Shown piece by piece: positions 9,240 through 18,658 of a DNA stretch of 64,000 nucleotides. Numbering within the stretch: the stretch's first letter is position 1; the number at the start of each line of letters is the position of its first letter. This stretch comes from Vicinamibacterales bacterium (lineage in GTDB: Bacteria; Acidobacteriota; Vicinamibacteria; Vicinamibacterales; CAVVIG01), in contig JBFWPN010000003.1 in the NCBI GenBank assembly GCA_050249955.1, positions 503,204-567,203 of the forward strand. The letters run 5' to 3'. The translations under genes were made by a program, and so were the position numbers. The notes under the pieces were generated by a model, which searched no databases, had not been told where the DNA came from, and saw only the letters and a list, made by a program, of their open reading frames with translations.

Positions 9240-11784
9240 ATTCCAACGCCTCCACGAGTGAGCCACGCACGGCCGACTCAGCCGGCCACAGCGCGGCCAC
9301 GAACGCCGCGCCAAGCATGGTGGGGACCAGCGCCAGCGCCACGCGCACCGGGAACACGTAGTCGAGCCGCATGCCGGCGATGTCGCGGTGCACGATCTCC
9401 AGGATGTAGTAGAGGTTCACGGCACCGAAGCCGAGCCCGAGGATCAGCCCGAGCGTGCCGATGCTCAGCGCTTCCATCCAGATGGTCCGGCGGATCTGCG
9501 CGTGCAGGCCGCCCACCGCCTGCAGCACGCCGAGCTCACGCCGGCGGTCGGTGATGGACACCGTGAGCGTGTTCACGATCCCCAGGATGGCGACCAGCAC
9601 GGCCACGGCAATCTGCACGGACGAGAGGCTGAACCACTGGTCGGTGACGCGCAGGATGTAGTCCTTCAGTTCGCGGTTGGTGAGGACGAACACCTGGCGC
9701 TGTCCCTGGTACGTCGACAGGATGCGCGCCTTGACATCGGGGACGGCGACACCCGGCTGGAGGTAGACACGGAACACGTTCACCGAATCGTCGTGCCAGA
9801 ACTGCTGGAACACGGCCCGGTCCATCAGGATGGTGCCCTGCTGGTCGGAGTAGTCCACCACGATGCCCACGACCGGCAGGCGGATGACGCCGTGGGGCGC
9901 AGGGATCTCGATCGTGTCGCCGAGCGACAGCCGCTGCAGTTCCGCCAGGTTGTCGGACAGGACCAGTCCCCGGCCAGCCGCGGCCTCGCGCCACATCGTG
10001 GCCGGGTCGCCGTGGACCGGATCGCGATGCACGGTCTGCGACAGGCTGGCGATGTCGGTGGCCACGATCATCACCGGCGTATTGCGGAAGATGATGCGGG
10101 CGTTCCGGACGGCCTGCACCCGCTCCACGCCGGGCATGGCGGCGATCTCCCGGTCCATCTCGGGCGGGAAGCGGAGGGTGCGCAGCACGACGTCCTGCGA
10201 CGGCGACACGAACAGGTCCGGGTTCAGCGCCCCGTCCATCCAGTCGATGATCGAGTTGTAGCTCGCCGCCGCCATGCCGGCGAACGCCACCACCAGGGCC
10301 AGCGACAGCATCACGGCGGCCACACTGCCCGAGGTCCGCCGCGGGGCCTGGATGAGGCTGTCGGCCGCAAGGGCCCCTTCCACGGGACGGATGACGCGCA
10401 GGACGGGACGCAGCAGACGCGAGAGCCCGAGCGCCATCAGCGGCCCGAGCAGCAGGGCGGCGACGATGACGAGGAAGTAGCCCAGGTAGAACACCGGGCG
10501 CGACCCGCTCCAGAAGAGGCACACGACCGACACGAGGGCGAGCAGCGCGGCCAGCGTGGCCCGCACGCGGCTCTCGCCGGCCGAGAGGACCTGGTACTTG
10601 CCCTTCTGCAGGGCCTGCACCGGGTCGACCGCCGCCGCCTGCCCGGCCGGAATGAGCGCGGCCGCCACGCTCGTGATGACGCCGATGAGCATGGCCAGGC
10701 CGAGCGTCAGGGGATCGGTGGCGATCTCGTCGGCGCGCTGGGCGACGCCGTACACGTCGCGCATCAGCGTACCGATGCTGGCGGCGATGCCCCGCGCCAT
10801 CAGCAGCCCGAGGAGCAGGCCCGCAGCTGACCCCACCAGCCCGGTCAGCGCGCTCTCGCCCAGGAACAGCCACCGGATCTGGCGGCGCGTGGCGCCGAGC
10901 GCCCGCAGGATGCCGATCTCCGACCGCCGCTGCGTCACGGCAATCGAGAAGCTGTTGTAGATGATGAACATGCCGATGACCAGCGCCAGCAGGCTCGAGA
11001 TGTTCACCATCATCGAGTAGGCGGCGGTCATCGCCTCGAACTGCTGCCCGCGCCCGGCGGGGGAGTCGACCTGGAACCCCGGCCCGAGCAGCTGCCGGAG
11101 CTCGGCCTGTGCGTCGGCCACGCTGCGATCCTCACGCACGCCGATGTCGATCCGGTCGAACGTGCGGCCGCGCCCGAACATCTTCTGCGCCGCGTAGATG
11201 TCCATGATCGCCAGGTTGCCGCCGAACGCGGTGGACAGCCCGGACGACCGCATGATCCCGCGCACGGTGAAGCGCCGTTCGCCGAGCGCGGTGCCCAGCG
11301 CAATCTGGCTGTTCACGGCGAAGCCGTTCGTCTCGGCGAACTCCCTCGTCAGGATGATCGAGTCGGGCTGCGCCAGGAACACGAGCGGGTCGTCGATCAC
11401 CGCCTCGTCGCCCTCGTCGAGGTCGTAGTCGCGCAGGCTCCGGTCGCCGGTCATGTCGGTGCCGAGCACCAGGAGGCTGCCCTGCCCCGCAAGGCCGGTG
11501 TCCACAATCGCCTCGATCACGGGCACGGCCACGCCGACCGACGCCGCCGACTGCACCGTCTCGAGCACCTCCTCGTTGAACCCGGTCTCACCCGCGGTGA
11601 CCTGGAGCTGCGTCTTCCCGGCAATGCGGTCCACGGTGTGGTTGAAGCCGAAGAGCACGCTCTGGTTGGCGGTGTGCATCCCGACGAACACGGCCACGCC
11701 GAGCACGATGCCGGCAGTCGTCAGCATGGTGCGCAGTACGTGCTTGCGGAAGTACGGCCAGCTGATCAGCCTCAGCAGGATCAC
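9232..11784 (-). CDS. ABC transporter permease, duplicated FtsX/MacB type
   Basis: Two repeats of RR.E.G.L.A.G, multiple TM segments, 850 aa. Confidence 0.92.
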   Translation of the reverse strand: MILLRLISWPYFRKHVLRTMLTTAGIVLGVAVFVGMHTANQSVLFGFNHTVDRIAGKTQLQVTAGETGFNEEVLETVQSAASVGVAVPVIEAIVDTGLAGQGSLLVLGTDMTGDRSLRDYDLDEGDEAVIDDPLVFLAQPDSIILTREFAETNGFAVNSQIALGTALGERRFTVRGIMRSSGLSTAFGGNLAIMDIYAAQKMFGRGRTFDRIDIGVREDRSVADAQAELRQLLGPGFQVDSPAGRGQQFEAMTAAYSMMVNISSLLALVIGMFIIYNSFSIAVTQRRSEIGILRALGATRRQIRWLFLGESALTGLVGSAAGLLLGLLMARGIAASIGTLMRDVYGVAQRADEIATDPLTLGLAMLIGVITSVAAALIPAGQAAAVDPVQALQKGKYQVLSAGESRVRATLAALLALVSVVCLFWSGSRPVFYLGYFLVIVAALLLGPLMALGLSRLLRPVLRVIRPVEGALAADSLIQAPRRTSGSVAAVMLSLALVVAFAGMAAASYNSIIDWMDGALNPDLFVSPSQDVVLRTLRFPPEMDREIAAMPGVERVQAVRNARIIFRNTPVMIVATDIASLSQTVHRDPVHGDPATMWREAAAGRGLVLSDNLAELQRLSLGDTIEIPAPHGVIRLPVVGIVVDYSDQQGTILMDRAVFQQFWHDDSVNVFRVYLQPGVAVPDVKARILSTYQGQRQVFVLTNRELKDYILRVTDQWFSLSSVQIAVAVLVAILGIVNTLTVSITDRRRELGVLQAVGGLHAQIRRTIWMEALSIGTLGLILGLGFGAVNLYYILEIVHRDIAGMRLDYVFPVRVALALVPTMLGAAFVAALWPAESAVRGSLVEALEYE

Positions 11785-12455
11785 CGGCGCACGTCCTGTT
11801 CGATGTGCCCGTCACGAATGACGATCGTGCGGCTGCAGCTCTCGGCCACCTTCATGTCGTGCGTCACGATCACGATCGTGGACCCGAGGCGCGTGTGCAG
11901 GTCGCGGATCAGGCCCAGGATCTCCTCGCCCGTGCGGCTGTCCAGGTTTCCGGTCGGTTCGTCCGCGAGCAGGATCGGCGGGTAGATGGACAGCGCCCGG
12001 GCAATGGCCACGCGCTGCCGTTCACCACCCGACAGTTCCTCGGGCAGGTGCGTCAGCCGATGTCCGAGCTGGACCAGGTTCAGGAGTTCGCGCGCACGCT
12101 CGTCCACCCTAGCGCGCGACCAGCCCCGCAGGTGCAGCGGCAGCCCCACATTCTCGAGGCACGAGAGTGTCGGCAGCAGGTTGAAGAACTGGAAGATGAA
12201 CCCGATCTTGTCCCGCCGCACGCGCGTCAGCCCATCATCCGTGAGCCCTGCGAGCGGCTCGCCGTCGATGCGCACGTCGCCGGTCGTCGGCCGGTCGAGC
12301 CCGCCCATCAGGTTCAGCAGGGTGGACTTGCCCGAACCCGACGGTCCGACGATGGAGACCATCTGGCCCTTGGGGATGGAGAGGCTGACGTCGTTCAGGG
12401 CGGTGACCTGCCGCTTGCCGGCGAACTGCTTCGTGACGCGATCGATGTCGATCAT
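11781..12455 (-). CDS. ABC transporter ATP-binding protein (LolD/MacB-like)
   Basis: [24 protein letters not shown]. Confidence 0.95.
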   Translation of the reverse strand: MIDIDRVTKQFAGKRQVTALNDVSLSIPKGQMVSIVGPSGSGKSTLLNLMGGLDRPTTGDVRIDGEPLAGLTDDGLTRVRRDKIGFIFQFFNLLPTLSCLENVGLPLHLRGWSRARVDERARELLNLVQLGHRLTHLPEELSGGERQRVAIARALSIYPPILLADEPTGNLDSRTGEEILGLIRDLHTRLGSTIVIVTHDMKVAESCSRTIVIRDGHIEQDVRR

Positions 12456-12528
12456 GGGCGCTGTCTTCCAGACGTCTCAACAGTATCCGCGACACGCCGC
12501 GGCGTACCCCGCAGCGGACCCGCGTGCG

Positions 12529-12936
12529 TCAGGCGCCGAGCAGCGCCGCGCGGGTATCCGGCGGAACCGGCACCGTCACGCCCGACCGGTAGTCGTAGGC
12601 CACGACCACCGTCTTGCCATCCGCGATGACCCTGCCGGAGGCGACGTGTTCGACTTCGTACTCCATTGTGACGCTGCTCGTGCCGATCGCGGTGACGGCC
12701 AGGCGCACCTCGAGCTCCTCGGAGGTGTGAGCGGGCGCCCGGTAGTTGCAGGAGGCGTGCACCAGTATGACGCCGACACCGGGCAGGCCGTTCTCGCCGC
12801 CCAGCCGCTTCCACCAGGCGACGCGGCACTCCTCGAAGTAGGTGAGGTAGACCGCGTGGTTGACGTGCCCGAGGAGGTCGCAGTCGCTGAAGCGAACGGT
12901 CAGGCGATGGCGGTAGGCCCAGGTCCGGTCGGACAT
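12529..12936 (-). CDS. Acyl-CoA thioesterase (4HBT/YbgC hot-dog fold)
   Basis: VRFSDCDLLGHVNHAVYLTYFEECR. Confidence 0.9.
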   Translation of the reverse strand: MSDRTWAYRHRLTVRFSDCDLLGHVNHAVYLTYFEECRVAWWKRLGGENGLPGVGVILVHASCNYRAPAHTSEELEVRLAVTAIGTSSVTMEYEVEHVASGRVIADGKTVVVAYDYRSGVTVPVPPDTRAALLGA

Positions 12937-12943
12937 GGGCTCA

Positions 12944-12966
12944 AGCTTACCCCGCCACGCTAAGCT
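12944..12966. promoter_or_regulatory. Divergent pair of TAAGCT -10 elements, likely leaderless
   Basis: Minus-strand TAAGCT 7 nt before ATG 12936; plus-strand TAAGCT 8 nt before ATG 12975; no SD. Confidence 0.55.
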
Positions 12967-12974
12967 AGGCAGGC

Positions 12975-14291
12975 ATGGTGCCCCCGCAGGTCGACCAGGC
13001 GACGCCGGATGGCCCCGAGGCCGTCCCGGACGCGCCGCTCGCATCCGCCGCCGCGAAGATCCGCCGGCGGCTGGTGCCGTTCCTGTTCCTGCTCTACATC
13101 TTCGCCTACCTCGATCGCATCAATGTCGGCTTCGCCTCGCTGCAGATGAACGCGGCGCTCGGCTTCACGTCGGCGGTCTACGGGTTCGGCGCCGGCATCT
13201 TCTTCGTCAGCTACACCGCGCTGGAGATCCCGAGCAACCTGATGCTCGCGCGCGTTGGGGCGCGCCGCTGGATCGCGCGCATCATGATCACCTGGGGCCT
13301 CGCGTCGGCCGCCATGGCGGCGGTCGACAGTGCAGGCGCGTTCTACGCGCTCCGGTTCCTGCTCGGCGCGGCCGAGGCCGGCTTCTTCCCCGGCATCATC
13401 TTCTACCTCACGCGGTGGGTGCCGGCCGCCGAGCGGGCCCGCACCGTCGCGAGCTTCATGACCGCGGTGGTCACCGCCGGGATCGTGGGCGGGCCATTGT
13501 CGGGCGCCCTGCTCTCGCTCGATGGCCGGGCCGGCCTGGCCGGCTGGCAGTGGATGTTCCTGCTCGAGGGCGTGCCCGCCACGCTGCTCGGCTTCGTCGT
13601 CCTGCGGTGGCTGGACGAGTCGCCGGCCGACGCGCGCTGGCTCTCGGCGCCCGAAAGGGCGGCCCTGCTGTCCAGGCTCGAGGCTGAAGCTGCGGGTCGC
13701 TCGGGAACGACCGAGGACATCGGCGGCGCCCTGCGGCACCCGTCGCTGTGGCTGCTGGCGGCGGTCTACTTCGTGGTTCCCGTGGCGCTGTACGCGTTCG
13801 GCTTCTTCCTGCCGCAGATCCTGCAGGGGACCTTCAGCGGGACGCCGTTCCAGATCGGTGTCCTGAGCGCCCTGCCCTATGTGGCGGGAGCGGTGGCCAT
13901 GGTGATCTCGTCGCGGCACTCGGACCGCTCGGGTGAGCGGCGCTGGCACGTCGCGACTGCCGCCGCGGTGAGCGGGGCCGGGTTCATCGCTGCGGCCCTG
14001 GCGTCCGGCCTGGTGCCCTCGCTGATCCTGCTCTCGGTGGCCATGGCGGGGCTGGCATCGATGTTCGGGCCGTTCTGGAGCCTGGCCACATCCTTCGTCA
14101 GCGGTGCGGGGGCCGCCGCCGGTATCGCCCTGATCAACTCGGTGGGGAACGTCGGCGGGTTCGTCGGTCCCTACGGCATCGGCTACCTGCGCGATGCGAC
14201 GAACAGCTTCACCGCCGGTCTCCTGGCGATCGGGGTGATCGTCATCGCGGGCGGGGCGCTGGTGCTGCTGGTGCCCGACCGGCGCCGGTGA
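12975..14291 (+). CDS. MFS transporter, ACS family (TtuB-like)
   Basis: AYLDRINVGFA, EIPSNL, GAAEAGFFPG, GWQWMFLLEG. Confidence 0.93.
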   Translation: MVPPQVDQATPDGPEAVPDAPLASAAAKIRRRLVPFLFLLYIFAYLDRINVGFASLQMNAALGFTSAVYGFGAGIFFVSYTALEIPSNLMLARVGARRWIARIMITWGLASAAMAAVDSAGAFYALRFLLGAAEAGFFPGIIFYLTRWVPAAERARTVASFMTAVVTAGIVGGPLSGALLSLDGRAGLAGWQWMFLLEGVPATLLGFVVLRWLDESPADARWLSAPERAALLSRLEAEAAGRSGTTEDIGGALRHPSLWLLAAVYFVVPVALYAFGFFLPQILQGTFSGTPFQIGVLSALPYVAGAVAMVISSRHSDRSGERRWHVATAAAVSGAGFIAAALASGLVPSLILLSVAMAGLASMFGPFWSLATSFVSGAGAAAGIALINSVGNVGGFVGPYGIGYLRDATNSFTAGLLAIGVIVIAGGALVLLVPDRRR

Positions 14292-14309
14292 TCGCCAGGA
14301 CGGCGCGCG

Positions 14310-15992
14310 TCAACGAACGGCGGCGAGCGTCTTCTTCAGCCAGGTGACGAGCGCGCCCGTCACCTCAGGGCTCACGGTGGCGGTGCCGAGCGCGGCGTAT
14401 TCGTCCACCTCGCCGGTCTTCGCGGGCACCAGCAGGTGGTTGATGCCGGCCACCTTCACCACCTCGACACCCGGGTTCTTCTTGCGGGCGGTCGCGAGCG
14501 CCTCCAGCTTGTCGGCGTTGTCCGGCGTCACCTGCGTGTCGAGGCTGCCCTGCACGATGAGCAGCGGCTGGTCGACATCCTTCACGACCTTCGCGGGGTC
14601 GTACGCCAGGACACTCTGGAAGTAGGGCGTGTCGGCCTGGCGGCGCACCGCATCCGGCACGGCGAGCGCGTCCCAGCCCTTGCCGGTGAGCACCGCCTGC
14701 TGGATCTTCCTCTGCAGATCGATGGTCGTCTGGCGCTCCGACTCCGGGCGCTTGGCGAGGTCCATCGCGTGGTTCACCTGGTACATGTTCAGCTCGGCCC
14801 CGGTGATGCCGATCGTGGCGATGAGCGCCACCGCCGCCACACGCTTCTCCCTGGCGGCCACCATCAGCGCCAGCGACCCGCCTTCGCTGTGGCCCACCAG
14901 GGCGATGCGCCGCCGGTCGACGTCCTTGCGCTCGGCCAGCGTGCGCACGGCCGCCCGCACGTCCTCCGCATAATCGACGAGCGATGCGGACTCCACGCGC
15001 CCGCCACTCTGGCCCACGCCGCGCTTGTCGTAGCGCAGCACCAGGAAGCCCGCGTCGGCCAGGGCATGCGCGATGTGGCCGAAGATCGGGATGCCGGCCA
15101 CCGTCTCGTCGCGGTCGGTCGGCCCCGATCCGGCGACGAGAATCACCGCAGGCAGCGGACCCTGTGCGCCGGCGGGCTTCGAGAGCGTTCCGGCCAGCGA
15201 GAAGCCGTTCGCCTGGATGCGCACGTTCTCGTCGGTGTCGCGGCTCATCGTCAGTCGCCGCGTCGACACGGCCGCCATGTCTTCACGCGCCACTTCGAGC
15301 CCCTGTGCCGGGATGCGCAGGCGCAGCAGGCGTCCACTCGCGTCCCCCCAGATCTCGGTGTCCACGGGCGGCTGGCTCGCGCTCTGGAACGTGAGGGGCG
15401 TGCGCTTCGCCTCGATGATCCGGTCCACCGTCTGGATGCGCTCGGTCGTGGACACCCCCACGATGGCGGTGACCTGGCCCTGCCCGGGCTGGTAGAAGAA
15501 CAGCGTGGTGCCCGGCTCCGCCGTGCGCAGCCGTGCGGCCACGGCCTCGTACGGCGCAATGAAGGGATTCGGCAGCAGGATCGCCGAGGCATCGATCGTG
15601 TCCGCCCTGCGCACCCGTTCCGTGCCCGGCGCCCCGCTGATTTCGCTCGACGCGGTCGTCCCGGTGACCAGTGTCGTGAGCGATGACGGCTGGCCGCGCA
15701 GGCTCGTGTCGATGCTCAGCTCGAGCGGTCGCCACTCGCGGTCGTAGCGCACCCTGAACTGCCGGATCAGCAGGTCGATCGGCGGGCCAAGCCGCCCCGT
15801 GCTGGCAATGACCCAGCCGTCGGGCGTCTGCTGCACGCTCACCAGTTCATTGCCGACGGCGGCGCCCCGGACGAAGATGGTGAACGCCGACTCCTGGGGA
15901 GACTGCGCGAAGACGGGATCGGCCGAGGCGGTCAGCGTGAGCGCGACCAGCAGCGCGGCGAGACAGGCACGGGTACAATCGAACACGCGCAT
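14310..15992 (-). CDS. Secreted alpha/beta hydrolase with N-terminal beta-rich domain
   Basis: GSGPTDRD, RYDKRGVG, GHSEG, QGSLDTQV, NHLL. Confidence 0.87.
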   Translation of the reverse strand: MRVFDCTRACLAALLVALTLTASADPVFAQSPQESAFTIFVRGAAVGNELVSVQQTPDGWVIASTGRLGPPIDLLIRQFRVRYDREWRPLELSIDTSLRGQPSSLTTLVTGTTASSEISGAPGTERVRRADTIDASAILLPNPFIAPYEAVAARLRTAEPGTTLFFYQPGQGQVTAIVGVSTTERIQTVDRIIEAKRTPLTFQSASQPPVDTEIWGDASGRLLRLRIPAQGLEVAREDMAAVSTRRLTMSRDTDENVRIQANGFSLAGTLSKPAGAQGPLPAVILVAGSGPTDRDETVAGIPIFGHIAHALADAGFLVLRYDKRGVGQSGGRVESASLVDYAEDVRAAVRTLAERKDVDRRRIALVGHSEGGSLALMVAAREKRVAAVALIATIGITGAELNMYQVNHAMDLAKRPESERQTTIDLQRKIQQAVLTGKGWDALAVPDAVRRQADTPYFQSVLAYDPAKVVKDVDQPLLIVQGSLDTQVTPDNADKLEALATARKKNPGVEVVKVAGINHLLVPAKTGEVDEYAALGTATVSPEVTGALVTWLKKTLAAVR

Positions 15993-16008
15993 ATTTCACC
16001 ATAACACC

Positions 16009-17013
16009 ATGTCACCGGCCGCACTTTCTCAGGCATACCGCGCCGCACGCGAGCAGGCGGCACTCATCCGCCGCACCCACGGCCTCATCGTCGTGTCGGG
16101 CCGCGACCGTGCGTCGTACCTCCAGGGCCTGCTCACCAACGACATCGTCGCGCTGCAGGCGGGCCAGGGGTGCTATGCCGCCTATCTCACGGCACAGGGG
16201 CGGATGATCTCCGACCTGCACGTGCACGAGCTCGGCGACGTGATGCTCCTCGTGCTGCCGCTCTCGACACGCGAGACGGTGCTGACCCGGCTCGATCAGT
16301 TCATCTTCTCGGAGGACGTGCAGCTGGGCGACGTGACCGACACGTTTGCGGCCCTCGCCGTGGTTGGACCGGCAGCCGGCACGCTCGTCGCGGGCGTCAC
16401 CGGCATGAGCCCGGACGAGCTGACGGCACTACCGGAGCATGGTGCCGTGCGCCGCGAGATCGGCGGGGACACGCTCATCGTGAGGCAGGTCACCGATCCC
16501 GGGGTTCCAGGGTTCGAACTGATCGGCCAGCGTGACCGGATCGCAGCGGCCGCCGAGGCGCTCAGGCAGGCGGGAGCCCCGGAGGCGGACGACCCAACCG
16601 CCGATCTGCTGCGCATCGAGGCCGGCGTGCCGCTGTTCGGCCGCGACATGGACGAGGAGACCATCCCGCTCGAGGCCGGCATCGAGCCGCGTGCCATCAG
16701 CTTCACCAAGGGCTGCTACGTCGGACAGGAAATCATCATCCGCGTGCTGCACCGGGGCCACGGCCGCGTGGCGAGGAAGCTCGTGGGACTGACCTTCGAT
16801 CCCAGGGGTGACGTGCCACCGCCCGGATCGGCCGTGCACGCGGCCGAGCGCGAGGTGGGAACCATCACGAGCAGCGCCGTCTCGCCGACGCTGGCGCGTG
16901 GGATCGCGCTGGCGTACCTCAAGCGCGACGCCGTTGAGGCTGGACAGCCGGTGACGGTCGCCGGCGATCGCACGGCTCAGATCGTTCCGCTGCCTTTCGT
17001 GATCCGCGCGTGA
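16009..17013 (+). CDS. ygfZ: Folate-binding protein YgfZ/GcvT family
   Basis: Signature KGCYVGQE; YLQGLLTND. Confidence 0.88.
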   Translation: MSPAALSQAYRAAREQAALIRRTHGLIVVSGRDRASYLQGLLTNDIVALQAGQGCYAAYLTAQGRMISDLHVHELGDVMLLVLPLSTRETVLTRLDQFIFSEDVQLGDVTDTFAALAVVGPAAGTLVAGVTGMSPDELTALPEHGAVRREIGGDTLIVRQVTDPGVPGFELIGQRDRIAAAAEALRQAGAPEADDPTADLLRIEAGVPLFGRDMDEETIPLEAGIEPRAISFTKGCYVGQEIIIRVLHRGHGRVARKLVGLTFDPRGDVPPPGSAVHAAEREVGTITSSAVSPTLARGIALAYLKRDAVEAGQPVTVAGDRTAQIVPLPFVIRA

Positions 17014-17405
17014 CCACGATCGTCGTCACCGCCGCCGTGGTCGAGCGCAACGACACATTCCTCGTCACGCGCCGGCTGACCGGCACGCACCTCGCCGGGA
17101 CGTGGGAGTTCCCCGGCGGCAAGTGCGAGCCCGGCGAGAGCCTCGCCGCGTGCCTCGCGCGCGAGATGCGCGAGGAACTGGCGGTCGGGTGCCGCGTGGG
17201 CGACGAGATCTTCGCGATCGCGCACGACTACCCGGATCGCCGGGTCGAGCTGCACTTCTTCGCGTGCACGCTCGAGGGGGAGCCGGTGCCGCAGCTCGGC
17301 CAGGCCATGCAGTGGGTTGCGCGCACCCGGTTGCGCGACCTCGAGTTCCCGCCTGCCGACGATGACCTGATCCGGCGGCTCGTCAGCGGTGGCCCTCACG
17401 GCTGA
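17010..17405 (+). CDS. NUDIX hydrolase, MutT/NudG-like
   Basis: WEFPGGKCEPGES...REMREEL, FPPAD. Confidence 0.9.
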   Translation: MTTIVVTAAVVERNDTFLVTRRLTGTHLAGTWEFPGGKCEPGESLAACLAREMREELAVGCRVGDEIFAIAHDYPDRRVELHFFACTLEGEPVPQLGQAMQWVARTRLRDLEFPPADDDLIRRLVSGGPHG

Positions 17406-18093
17406 CCGAGGCGCAGTCCTTCGCCATCGGGCAGACCAGGCATTTGGGCTTGCGCGCCACGCAGACCATCGCGCCGAAGTCCATCAGCGCCTGGTTGAAG
17501 TCGAACACCTCCTTGCGGGGCACCATCGCCTCGGACACCGCCCACAGGTGCTTCTTCATCGCATGGCTCTTCTGATCCCCCTCGCCGACGAAGACCCGGA
17601 AGAGCACGCGCGCCACGTTGGTGTCGAGGATGGCCGCGCGCTGGCGGAACGCGAAGCTGCGGATGGCACCCGCGGTGTACTGGCCGATGCCCTTGAAGGA
17701 GAGCAGCGTCGTCTCGTCCGAGGGGAGCCGGCCGTCGTGCCGCGCCACCGCCTCCCGCGCAATGGCCTGGAGCCGCTTCGGGCGGATGTTGTATCCGAGG
17801 GGACGCCAGGTGTCGGTGACGTGCGACTCGTCGGCGACGGCGAGCGCCGCCAGCGACGGGAACTTGCCGAGCCACTCGTGGTACTTCGGCAGCACGCGGT
17901 CGACCTGCGTCTGCTGCAGCATGATCTCCGAGACCAGGATGTGATACGGGTCGTCGGTGCGGCGCCACGGCAGGTCGCGTCCATGCCGGCCGTACCACGT
18001 GAGCAGCCGCTGGCGGAACCGGCGCCGTGCCGGCGGCGCGGGCATCTGCGGCATGGGGGTGGAGCGGCGTCCGGCTCGGGCCTTCTTCGTCAT
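17383..18093 (-). CDS. mutY: A/G-specific adenine glycosylase, short form lacking the C-terminal domain
   Basis: RDLPWR, VSEIMLQQTQV, KGIGQYTA, LDTNVARV, C-x6-C-x2-C-x5-C. Confidence 0.82.
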   Translation of the reverse strand: MTKKARAGRRSTPMPQMPAPPARRRFRQRLLTWYGRHGRDLPWRRTDDPYHILVSEIMLQQTQVDRVLPKYHEWLGKFPSLAALAVADESHVTDTWRPLGYNIRPKRLQAIAREAVARHDGRLPSDETTLLSFKGIGQYTAGAIRSFAFRQRAAILDTNVARVLFRVFVGEGDQKSHAMKKHLWAVSEAMVPRKEVFDFNQALMDFGAMVCVARKPKCLVCPMAKDCASVSREGHR

Positions 18094-18121
18094 CTCGTAT
18101 AATCGCGAACGGTCCAGAGTT

Positions 18122-18658
18122 GTGAAGATCTACACGCGTACGGGCGATACCGGCGACACCGCCCTGTTCGACAACAGCCGCGTCAGCAAGGCCGACCCTC
18201 GCGTAGACGCCTACGGCGAGGTCGACGAGCTGAACGCGTGGCTCGGGCTCGTCCGCGCGCACCCGATCGATCCCGACCTGGCTGACGCGATCGTCCACAT
18301 CCAGCGCGACCTCTTCGCGGTCGGCGCACAGCTCGCCGACCCGGCCGAGAAGCTCGCCGACCGGGTGACGAAGGCGTTCATCGAGGACGCGCACGTCAGC
18401 CGGCTCGAACAGCTGATCGACCGGCTCGAGCAGGAACTGCCGCCGCTCACCCGCTTCATCCTCGCCGGCGGATCCCATGCGGGCTCGGCGCTGCACGTGG
18501 CACGCACCGTCTGCCGCCGGGCCGAGCGACGCATTGTCGGCCTGGCGCCCCAGCCCGATCCGCTGCTGATCCGGTACATGAACCGGCTGTCGGACCTGCT
18601 CTTCGTGCTCGCGCGCGCCGTGAACCACCGCGCCGGCGAACCGGAAACGGAGTGGTGA
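18122..18658 (+). CDS. ATP:cob(I)alamin adenosyltransferase, PduO type
   Basis: KIYTRTGDTGDT, AYGEVDELN, ARTVCRRAER, NRLSDLLF; TATAAT at 18098-18103. Confidence 0.93.
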   Translation: MKIYTRTGDTGDTALFDNSRVSKADPRVDAYGEVDELNAWLGLVRAHPIDPDLADAIVHIQRDLFAVGAQLADPAEKLADRVTKAFIEDAHVSRLEQLIDRLEQELPPLTRFILAGGSHAGSALHVARTVCRRAERRIVGLAPQPDPLLIRYMNRLSDLLFVLARAVNHRAGEPETEW

